This document shows positions 10,508-18,962 of a stretch of 64,000 bases of DNA, one piece after another. The translations under genes and the position numbers were made by a program. The stretch is from Coprothermobacterota bacterium (lineage in GTDB: Bacteria; Coprothermobacterota; HKB111). The DNA is taken from contig JBBIIY010000005.1 of the NCBI GenBank assembly GCA_037446255.1, forward strand, positions 2,859-66,858. The letters run 5' to 3'. The first letter of the stretch is position 1. Every line of letters begins with the position of its first letter. A model generated the notes under the pieces. It made no database searches. It was not told the origin of the DNA and saw only the letters and a list, made by a program, of their open reading frames with translations.

Positions 10508-10559
10508 GGGCAGGGGACTACTAAATAAGGATTTCAGCTCTCCTGCCCATATTTTTTTT
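10508..10559. terminator. hairpin plus T-tract between convergent genes
   Basis: GGGCAGGGGA...TCTCCTGCCC (one mismatch, long loop) followed by ATATTTTTTTT. Confidence 0.45.
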
Positions 10560-10579
10560 CCGGATTTTCTGTTTTAACT

Positions 10580-11827
10580 TTACTCGTATCTTAAAGCCAC
10601 TATCGGATCAAGCGAAGCTGCCCGATAAGCAGGATAAACCCCAAATACTACCCCGATGAAGGTTGAAAAAGTAATAGCTACCACTACCGAGTTGGAGGTT
10701 ATAGCTGAAGGTACGCTAAAATTCTTTAAAACCAGCGAACCTAAATACGCCATGAGTAAACCTAATAAGCCTCCAGCCAGAGAGAGAAAGACCGCTTCCA
10801 ACAGAAATTGCGCTAATATATCTTTCCTCCTGGCTCCAACTGCTTTCCTTATCCCTATTTCGCGGGTCCTTTCTGCTACCGACACCAGCATAATATTCAT
10901 TATACCGATACCACCAACCAGAAGTGACACTGCGGCAATCCCCCCTAAAGCCAGGTTTAAAGTACCTATAATGGTTCCGGTAATTTCTAAAATCTGGGAT
11001 TGCGTTGTCAGGCGAAAATTCTCTTTACCACGAACTTTTTTCAATAATGTAATAATTTCTTTTTTAACCCTGTCTATCTCTTCCTGACTGCGAACAGACA
11101 CATAAATGGTGGTTATATTTTCATTATTAGCAATATTCTGCATAACCCTATAAGGAACATAGACTTCGGTATCCTGGTTCCCCATCATACTAACGCCTCT
11201 TTCTTTAAGAACGCCTATCACCTTGAAAGGCATATCATTTATATAAACGGTTTTATTTAAAGCGTTGCTATTTAATATTTCTGAATATATTTTATAACCG
11301 ATAATAACTACTTTTTCTTGAGCGTCTTCGTTTCTTTTGCCAAAGTATTTACCTTCTAAAAGAGGTAGAGAAGCAATCTCGGAATATACATAATTACTTC
11401 CTGTCATTTGCACAGATTCCGTAAGACCCGAGTACTTTAAAACCCCGCTCCGGGAAATGACCGGAGATATTTTTACACCCTTGATTTTCAATAAAGCATT
11501 GTAGTCTTTATTGGTAAGCGGAGTAACTCCCATAAAACCACCACCCATCCCCTGAGGACCAATTCTTCTTGTACCAGACCCCTGTATGGGATTGCCGGAA
11601 GTTACAAAGATTATGTTGGAACCAAGACTTTCAATCTGCTTGTTTATATCTAACCTGACACCTTCACCAATAGAGACCATAAGAACAATTGCAAATACCC
11701 CGATAAGAATTCCAAGCATGGTCAGGAAATTTCTGGTTTTATTGGAGTTAATCGAGTTAAGGACTATTTTTAGAGTATGCGAAATATCCAACTCACACTT
11801 CCCTGATGGGGTTAAGCAAAACCTCAT
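10580..11827 (-). CDS. ABC transporter permease, MacB/FtsX family
   Basis: 415 aa. N-terminal NKTRNFLTMLGILIGV, large extracytoplasmic domain, C-terminal FtsX-type helices with ERTREIGIRKAVGA. The ATG at 11827 overlaps the upstream gene by 35 nt; a TTG at 11791 is an alternative start. Confidence 0.85.
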   Translation of the reverse strand: MRFCLTPSGKCELDISHTLKIVLNSINSNKTRNFLTMLGILIGVFAIVLMVSIGEGVRLDINKQIESLGSNIIFVTSGNPIQGSGTRRIGPQGMGGGFMGVTPLTNKDYNALLKIKGVKISPVISRSGVLKYSGLTESVQMTGSNYVYSEIASLPLLEGKYFGKRNEDAQEKVVIIGYKIYSEILNSNALNKTVYINDMPFKVIGVLKERGVSMMGNQDTEVYVPYRVMQNIANNENITTIYVSVRSQEEIDRVKKEIITLLKKVRGKENFRLTTQSQILEITGTIIGTLNLALGGIAAVSLLVGGIGIMNIMLVSVAERTREIGIRKAVGARRKDILAQFLLEAVFLSLAGGLLGLLMAYLGSLVLKNFSVPSAITSNSVVVAITFSTFIGVVFGVYPAYRAASLDPIVALRYE

Positions 11828-12494
11828 CTCTAACTACTTCACCGTCTTTCAGGTGAATTACTCTGCCAGTATGTTCAGCTAAAAACCGGTCGTGAGTGAT
11901 TAACAGTACTGTAATACCAGTATCATTTAAATCCTGTAACAGTTTTATAATTTCTTTACCTGTTTTAGAATCAAGGTTTCCCGTGGGTTCATCGGCTAAA
12001 ATAAAAGAAGGGTTGGTAACCAGCGCTCGGGCTAAAGCCACCCTTTGTTGTTCTCCACCAGAAATCTGGCTTGGCCTATGACGCATTCTTTCCTTGAGTC
12101 CTACCCTTTCTAACACTTCTTCGGCCTTTTTCCTCCTCAAGAAAGCAGAAACTCCCTGATAAATTAACGGTAACTCTACATTTTCCACTACTTTGAGTCT
12201 TGGTAAGAGATTATAACTTTGAAACACAAACCCCACTTGTTTGCTTCTTATAAAAGCAAGGTTATTATCATTAAGATTATCTACCCGGCTTCCGGCAATC
12301 CAAACTTCACCCTGGGTAGGCCTGTCCAGACAACCTAAAAGATTCATCAAGGTGGATTTACCCGACCCTGATGGTCCCATAATCCCTACCAACTCTCCCT
12401 GGTTAATTTGAATGCTGACATTGTTAAGGGCTGAAACCTTTATGGAATCAAGATTATATACTTTATCCAGGTTTTTCGTTTCTATGACAATCAT
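11793..12494 (-). CDS. ABC transporter ATP-binding protein (MacB/LolD type)
   Basis: Walker [10 protein letters not shown], signature [15 protein letters not shown], Walker [12 protein letters not shown]. Confidence 0.9.
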   Translation of the reverse strand: MIVIETKNLDKVYNLDSIKVSALNNVSIQINQGELVGIMGPSGSGKSTLMNLLGCLDRPTQGEVWIAGSRVDNLNDNNLAFIRSKQVGFVFQSYNLLPRLKVVENVELPLIYQGVSAFLRRKKAEEVLERVGLKERMRHRPSQISGGEQQRVALARALVTNPSFILADEPTGNLDSKTGKEIIKLLQDLNDTGITVLLITHDRFLAEHTGRVIHLKDGEVVRDEVLLNPIREV

Positions 12495-14233
12495 GGAGTT
12501 TTAATCCTCACCATCATTCCATCTTTCAATGATTCTACAGGATTTACTATTACTGTATCTCCTACCAGTATCCCTTCTAAAACTTCTACTATACCGTTAG
12601 TCTCCAGGCCTGTTTTAACTTTAACCAGGGATATTTTCCCCAATTTATCTTTGGTAGCAGACCATGTAAATACATATTCTTCATTATTTCTATAAATTAG
12701 AGCATCAGAAGGTATAGTTAAAACCTTTTCTTTCTGTTCTAAAACTATATTTATCTCCACTCCAGCGTTATCGGGTATATTCAGCGGGTGGTCTATTTCA
12801 ATTTTTACATAATACACATTGGAACCATCTCTTCCTAATTGAGCAATAGAGGAAATCTCCGAAACTTTCCCGGAAAATACCTGTTCTAAAAAGATTACTC
12901 TGGCATTCATGCCTTTGCTTGCGCGAGTATATTCTTCTTCACCCAGGTAGCCCCGCACAAAAGGTTTTCCTTTTTCAATTATCAGAAGCACCTGTCCTGG
13001 GGTCAGGGAATCCCCGATCTCCACATTTCTTTGCAGAACCCTTCCCTCACTCCCGGCAGTTATCTCATAGTACTGTTTTTGTTTAATCAAGCTTTGTTCC
13101 TGGAGTAACAGCTCTTTGTATTGCAGGTTCAGTATTTCCAGGTCTTGTTTTAACGACTTTACCCCTTCTTCAGCTTTTTTCAGGTTTGCTTCCATCTGTT
13201 TTATAGTTCTTTTCTGCTGTTCAATCTGGTTTTCCAGATCCTCGCTCTCAAGCTGGATTAACAGTGCTCCCTTGGTGACTGCCCTGCCAGGGGCTTCAAC
13301 AAAAACTACCTCACCTGTTAATCGTGGAGTGTACATCACTTTGGCATCACTTTCCAGATAGCCACTATACACTTTATCTAAATCACTGCCTTTAAACTGC
13401 ACCGAAACCGAAGAAAATATGGGGAAATCTATTTTCTGGTTTGCTTTGATTTTCACTTTAACAGATCTCTGACCTGATTTGTCCAGTTCCACCAGGTTTC
13501 CTATCTCCTGGATGGTACCCGAATAAACAGTGTCGGACTTTAGAAAAAAGGTCAATTCAATTGAAGTCGCCTTGGCTACTGGAGATTTATCTTTCTCGGG
13601 AATATACAGAAGCACGAAAAGAGTATCAGATTGATACATAGAAATTGCCGATACCGAAGGGGTAACATAATCGCCCTGGCGGTATTTACTTTCGTAAATA
13701 ACCCCGTTAAAAGGTGCCACCATCTTCAGTCCTTCAACCTTATTCTCAAGGCTATGCAAAGTGTTCTGGTTGCTCTCTAAACTCATCTTCGCTAAATCCA
13801 CATCTCTTACTGAACTGGTGATTCTATCATTCATTTTATTTATATTGATAAGAGATTGTTTTAATTTGATATTAAGGGAAGCTTCTTGATTCATAAATTC
13901 GTCGGAATCTATTTTTACTAATAGGTCTCCTTTATTAAACTCCCCCTCTTTTATAAAACCAATATTTCCTGAAACCCGGGAGATTATATTACTTTTCTGG
14001 TACAGGTAGTTACCGGAAATAATCAGCAGGTCTTCAATATTGCCTGTTTTTGCTTCCGCTGTTTCTATTTCGGTTGTTCCTCTTGAAACTATCTGTCCAG
14101 AAAATACCCAAAAATATGAAAACAGGCCGGTGACTGCTATCACCAGTAACAATATCCAGATCCATCTATTCTTCAACATTACCTTTATCCTCCTGAAATT
14201 TATCTTCATTATTGATAATCTATATTTACCCAA
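12491..14233 (-). CDS. HlyD/MacA-family periplasmic adaptor (membrane fusion) protein, unusually long
   Basis: 580 aa. N-terminal TM helix, long coiled-coil segments and beta-barrel-like C-terminus. ATGA overlap with the ATPase gene. The exact start is uncertain. Confidence 0.7.
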   Translation of the reverse strand: MGKYRLSIMKINFRRIKVMLKNRWIWILLLVIAVTGLFSYFWVFSGQIVSRGTTEIETAEAKTGNIEDLLIISGNYLYQKSNIISRVSGNIGFIKEGEFNKGDLLVKIDSDEFMNQEASLNIKLKQSLININKMNDRITSSVRDVDLAKMSLESNQNTLHSLENKVEGLKMVAPFNGVIYESKYRQGDYVTPSVSAISMYQSDTLFVLLYIPEKDKSPVAKATSIELTFFLKSDTVYSGTIQEIGNLVELDKSGQRSVKVKIKANQKIDFPIFSSVSVQFKGSDLDKVYSGYLESDAKVMYTPRLTGEVVFVEAPGRAVTKGALLIQLESEDLENQIEQQKRTIKQMEANLKKAEEGVKSLKQDLEILNLQYKELLLQEQSLIKQKQYYEITAGSEGRVLQRNVEIGDSLTPGQVLLIIEKGKPFVRGYLGEEEYTRASKGMNARVIFLEQVFSGKVSEISSIAQLGRDGSNVYYVKIEIDHPLNIPDNAGVEINIVLEQKEKVLTIPSDALIYRNNEEYVFTWSATKDKLGKISLVKVKTGLETNGIVEVLEGILVGDTVIVNPVESLKDGMMVRIKTP

Positions 14234-14495
14234 TATTACGAATTAAATCAGTTAATTGTTTCAATTTCCGAAATAATCCTACAGTTTTTATGGTCGGGGA
14301 TTCCTTCTCTAAGATACCCGAGGAAACTGATAAAATAAAGAATTGTAAAAATATTATTATCTCGGTATCTATAAATTAATCGGCATCAAGGTAGTCAAGC
14401 ATTGGCATTCAATAATCTCTCATTTACCTGAATAAAAGTCTTTTTGTTGATCTTGCTGATAGCTCCCGGTTTAAGTTGTTGATAGGTTAGAATTT

Positions 14496-16361
14496 TTACT
14501 GAGTCAATAATTTATACCCCTTTTCCTTGAATAATTTAAGACAGGCATCTACAACTTCAGTATCGTAGGTTATTCCTCTACCGTTCTCTATTTCCTTCAA
14601 AGCTGCTGACAAAGGATAGGCAGGTCTATGAGGACGATGGGAAGACATAGCTTCCACTACATCCGCCACCGCCAAGATTCTGGCTTCCAACATCATTTCC
14701 TCACCTTTAATTCCCCTGGGATAACCGCTTCCATCCATTCTTTCGTGGTATTGTTGGACAATACCGGCAACTGGCCAGGGAAATTCAATATTCTTTAGAA
14801 TATCGTATCCTAACTCAGCATGAGTCTTTACTATATTGAATTCAAAATGGTTGAGTTTACCAGGTTTATTGAGAATTTCTGAAGGTATATATATTTTACC
14901 TATATCATGCACCAGGGAAACCAGGTATAAACCGTTAACCCTGTTTTCTTCCAGACCTATCTCTCGAGCAATTGCAGTACATAAATCTGCCACCCTTCGT
15001 TGATGCCCTGCTGTATATGGGTCACGGATTTCCACAATTTTCGCCATGGCATAAATAATATCCTCAAGGTTTTTATTGGTTTTATTATAGCTTTCCCTTA
15101 TTTTTTCCTCGGCCAATTTTCTCTCAGTTATATCAATATGGGAACCTAAAATACGGAGAGGTTCTCCATTTTCGTCCTTGATTAAGGTTCCATGCGACAA
15201 TATCCACTTGTAAGTGCCATCTTTATGTCTTAATCTAAATTCCAAATTATAGGGATTTTCCTGATTTTTTATATATTCATTCTGGATGCCAAGTACCCTA
15301 TCTTTATCCTCTGGATGTAACCTGGTTAACCACTCATTATTGTCATCAGGTATTTCCTTATCTTCATACCCTAATTGTTTTTTCCACTCGGGAGATAAAT
15401 AAGTTTCATTGGTTTGTACATTAAAGCTCCATAAACCGATATTAGCTGACTGGATGCTTAATCTTAATCTCGCCTCACTCTCTACCAACTTTTTTTCAAC
15501 TAATATTTTTTCAGTAATATCTTGGATGATGGAAATATTACCTAAAGGCTTTCCATCAGCGTCTAAAAGTTTATAAGCATGGATTTCTCCTGTAAAAACT
15601 TCCCCGTTTTTTCGTTTAAATCTATATGTCAGATTTTTAGGAGCAATTGGTTCATCAATATAAAAAAACTCTCGCCCACTGCTTTCATAATCCTCGTCGC
15701 TAGCATAGAGCAGTCGGACATTTTTTCCTATCACTTCTTCTGGAGTATAGCCAAACATGGCTTTCAAAGCTGGACCATTGACGTCTATAATCTGACGGTT
15801 TACAGAAGTTATTAAGATAAGATCTCTAATACTATTAAAAAGGTTCAGGTATTTTTCTTCGGATTGCGATAATAATTTATATGATTTTAAAAGCTTATTT
15901 CTTTCATTCTCAATTTTATTTATTATTAAAGAGGAGTATTGTTGAATAAATTCTGCTTTATCTATCATAGCAAACGGGGTAGGCTTATGAATTTTAAATT
16001 TATTCAAGTTATCATTTAAAACTACCATAAACTCTTGAAAATCGTTACCTTTAGGTATATAACCATCGGCAACCAGATTCATAATAAAGCTTTGCTCATC
16101 CGGATCGGTATAGACAGATGAATAAGCAATCATAGGTATATTTTTAGTGCCATCGCCAGCTTTTATCTCATATAAAAACTGAAATCCATCCATCACAGGC
16201 ATGGAAACATCAAAAATTATTAAATCAGGGTTCTCTTTTCTGGCTAATTCCAAACCCTTCTTACCATTTTCAGCCTCCACAACCTGATACTCAGCTTGCC
16301 GAAGGAACATTTTCAATAGTTTTCTTTCATCGTCATTGTCGTCAACTATCAATATTTTCAT
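14496..16361 (-). CDS. response regulator with receiver + 2 PAS + HD-GYP (c-di-GMP phosphodiesterase-type) domains
   Basis: Receiver motifs KILIVDDNDDE and DLIIFDVSMPVMDG. PAS-like repeats. HDIGKIYIP and HERMDGSGYPRG motifs. I prefer the ATG at 16361 over the upstream TTG at 16376. Confidence 0.85.
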   Translation of the reverse strand: MKILIVDDNDDERKLLKMFLRQAEYQVVEAENGKKGLELARKENPDLIIFDVSMPVMDGFQFLYEIKAGDGTKNIPMIAYSSVYTDPDEQSFIMNLVADGYIPKGNDFQEFMVVLNDNLNKFKIHKPTPFAMIDKAEFIQQYSSLIINKIENERNKLLKSYKLLSQSEEKYLNLFNSIRDLILITSVNRQIIDVNGPALKAMFGYTPEEVIGKNVRLLYASDEDYESSGREFFYIDEPIAPKNLTYRFKRKNGEVFTGEIHAYKLLDADGKPLGNISIIQDITEKILVEKKLVESEARLRLSIQSANIGLWSFNVQTNETYLSPEWKKQLGYEDKEIPDDNNEWLTRLHPEDKDRVLGIQNEYIKNQENPYNLEFRLRHKDGTYKWILSHGTLIKDENGEPLRILGSHIDITERKLAEEKIRESYNKTNKNLEDIIYAMAKIVEIRDPYTAGHQRRVADLCTAIAREIGLEENRVNGLYLVSLVHDIGKIYIPSEILNKPGKLNHFEFNIVKTHAELGYDILKNIEFPWPVAGIVQQYHERMDGSGYPRGIKGEEMMLEARILAVADVVEAMSSHRPHRPAYPLSAALKEIENGRGITYDTEVVDACLKLFKEKGYKLLTQ

Positions 16362-16422
16362 CTTTATACACCCCAAATCTAAAAGTTTGGTTGTATTTCA
16401 ATTATATAATAATTCACTTATT

Positions 16423-16788
16423 TTAAACACCCAACAATTTATGAATTTCCTGGATAATGGTAAGAGGGTTTATGGGTTTATCAAAGTAACCATTAACACC
16501 ATAACTTAATATCCTTTCCCTATCACCCCTCATGGCAAAAGAAGTCATAACTATAATTGGAATTTGTTGACATAAGGAATTAGCTCTAATTTCCTTTGCT
16601 ACCTGCAAACCATTGATATCAGGTAAATCAACATCCAATATAATAAAAAAAGGGTTCTCTGAAGTGGCTAATTCCATCCCGGTAGTCCCATTGGAAGCAG
16701 CTATTACCTGATAACCAGACCTTTTTAAGGCATAAGTTATAAGTTTCAAGTTGTTTTCGTTATCTTCAATTACTAGTACTTTTTTCAT
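16423..16788 (-). CDS. single-domain CheY-like response regulator
   Basis: 121 aa. VLVIEDNENN, ILDVDLPDINGL and the conserved Lys in FDKP. Overlaps the kinase stop by 4 nt. Confidence 0.85.
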   Translation of the reverse strand: MKKVLVIEDNENNLKLITYALKRSGYQVIAASNGTTGMELATSENPFFIILDVDLPDINGLQVAKEIRANSLCQQIPIIVMTSFAMRGDRERILSYGVNGYFDKPINPLTIIQEIHKLLGV

Positions 16789-18545
16789 GTTTTAGCCTCC
16801 AATATCTCTCGTTTCTCTAAAATAGGTAAAATTATAGTAAATTTACTACCCTTATCTTTCTCGCTTTCTACCAGTAGTTCACCTTTCAGTATCTCATTTA
16901 CAATCTTATTAGTAAGATAGAGCCCCAATCCTACACCAGCAATTTTTTTCTCTTTATTCACCAGGCGGGTAAAGGGGGCATACAGTTTATTAACTTCTTC
17001 AGGAGTCATTCCCATACCAGTATCTTCCACGGTTATTACCAAACGGTCAGAAAAAATATGATTACAGATGGTTACTCCACCCTTTTCGCAAAACTTCAGA
17101 GCATTGCTTAATAGGTTGTAAAGGCACTGAGTTAAACGTCTTTTTTCGGTAAAAATATTTACAGGAGTAAGTTCTAACTTTAACCATAAGCCTGAGCTTT
17201 TTGTAACCGTAGAAAGATTTTTAACCAGTTCTTCTATCAGTTCCTTTAATTCAAACTCTTCAAAATGCATCTCTGAAACCCCGGCTTCAATTTTTGCCAC
17301 ATCTATAATGTCGTTTATTAAAGAAAGAAGGTATTTTCCGGATTTTAGAACTATAGAAAGGTTTTCCCTTTGTTCATCATTTATGGGGCCTACCCATTCC
17401 TCCAGTATAATACTGGTAAAACCAATAATGGAGTTTAGAGGAGTGCGTAGTTCGTGACTCATCGTAGCAATAAATAAGGATTTCAGGTCATCAAGTTCTT
17501 TTAATTTCCGATTATACTCTGTTAAATCATGAACGGTTTTCTGGGCTTCCCTCAAATGGGTGATATTAATTCCGTTACTAAGGATGCCATAGATTTTACC
17601 ATCTTCATCTCTTAATAAATCGTTATACCAGTATATCTGTATCTCTTCACCGCTTTTGGTCAGCACAGGATTTTCATGATAAAATTTTATATCTGTTTCT
17701 CCTTTTAATGAACTAAAATAATCCTTCACCTCTTTATGAATCCTCACTGGTAAAAATTTATCTACCCAATTTTTGCCCAGTATCTCGTAATCGTGATAAC
17801 CAAGGAGTTCACAACCCTTTTTATTTATGAGGATTACTTCCATTTCCAGGTTCAAAGCTAAAACTATGTCACCAGTTACATCCAGCAAAGCCTTCAAGAA
17901 TTTTCTTTCTTCGGCTATTTTGGTACGAAGTAGTAATTTTTCCGAAACATCATGAAAAATCGCTAATAAACAATTTCTATTTTGAAGTTCAATCTCTTTA
18001 AAAGTAAGGTCAACATAAACGATTGAGCCATCTTTTAGTATTACTGGAATTTCATAGGCATGTATATTTCCTCTTTCATAGGCTTCTTTAAGGACAGAAA
18101 ATAATTTTTTTAAACAATCATCTTTTTCTCTACCCTCAACTACTTTAAAATTTAGTATTTCTTCTCTACTGTAACCCAGCATATCTTGCAAAGCTCTATT
18201 GGAAATTAAAAAAGATTGATTTTCCACATCTACTATTAACATACCTTCAACCATGGAATTGGATATTTTTCTTATTTGATTGAGGTATTCTACTTCCTTT
18301 CTATGAGTTTTTTCTAAATCCAGATAATAACTTCTGATAAGTGCAAATAGTACCAGACCGCTAAAAATTACATAAAATGACTCTTTATAACTTTGAAATA
18401 CCATATACAATTCAGGGTCGGGAACCAATAATGCCAAGGCTCTGTCTGAAAAATAAATCCAGGCAAAGCCAAATGATATATAAATAAGGAAGATCTTTAA
18501 GGGTACTATTAAATTTTTCATGTTTTTAACAGATAATTTATACAT
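16785..18545 (-). CDS. PAS-domain sensor histidine kinase
   Basis: Two N-terminal TM helices, PAS repeats, H-box ATMSHELRTPLNSIIGF, and N/G boxes (LSNALKF, EDTGMGM, GVGLGL). Confidence 0.85.
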   Translation of the reverse strand: MYKLSVKNMKNLIVPLKIFLIYISFGFAWIYFSDRALALLVPDPELYMVFQSYKESFYVIFSGLVLFALIRSYYLDLEKTHRKEVEYLNQIRKISNSMVEGMLIVDVENQSFLISNRALQDMLGYSREEILNFKVVEGREKDDCLKKLFSVLKEAYERGNIHAYEIPVILKDGSIVYVDLTFKEIELQNRNCLLAIFHDVSEKLLLRTKIAEERKFLKALLDVTGDIVLALNLEMEVILINKKGCELLGYHDYEILGKNWVDKFLPVRIHKEVKDYFSSLKGETDIKFYHENPVLTKSGEEIQIYWYNDLLRDEDGKIYGILSNGINITHLREAQKTVHDLTEYNRKLKELDDLKSLFIATMSHELRTPLNSIIGFTSIILEEWVGPINDEQRENLSIVLKSGKYLLSLINDIIDVAKIEAGVSEMHFEEFELKELIEELVKNLSTVTKSSGLWLKLELTPVNIFTEKRRLTQCLYNLLSNALKFCEKGGVTICNHIFSDRLVITVEDTGMGMTPEEVNKLYAPFTRLVNKEKKIAGVGLGLYLTNKIVNEILKGELLVESEKDKGSKFTIILPILEKREILEAKT

Positions 18546-18831
18546 TCACTTATCAAGTTCGTAGACACCCTTCACCCCTTATCCAAAACCTAACTACCAT
18601 AACTACTTAAATTGACAGAATGTAAAACATTACTTTCTCATTATATCACTTTAAAACCCTGTCAATTATATGCTCAATAAATGTGAAATAAGTTAAAAAG
18701 TCTTTTTGCAAGACAAGCGCCTTTTATTCAATTTTGTATTTTTTGAAACCTCTCCTTAATAGATGGAAAGCTTGATTTTGAGTATTGAAATGCCTTTTAA
18801 ATTATGGCTAACAGGGTGGAAACTGAAAGGT

Positions 18832-18905
18832 TGGCTGGGGAGAATGGATTCGAACCACTACTAAGGGATCCAGAGTCCCCCGTCCTACCGTTAGACGACT
18901 CCCCA
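18832..18905 (-). tRNA. tRNA-Gln (anticodon CTG), CCA encoded
   Basis: The reverse complement TGGGGAGTCGTCTAACGGTAGGACGGGGGACTCTGGATCCCTTAGTAGTGGTTCGAATCCATTCTCCCCAGCCA folds as a cloverleaf by hand: 7-bp acceptor, anticodon stem GGGGA/TCCCT, loop CTCTGGA, T-loop GGTTCGAATCC. Confidence 0.9.
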
Positions 18906-18962
18906 ATTTCACTTATAAAAGGATTGCCAAACATTATAATTATATCAGGCAGATAAAATAAT

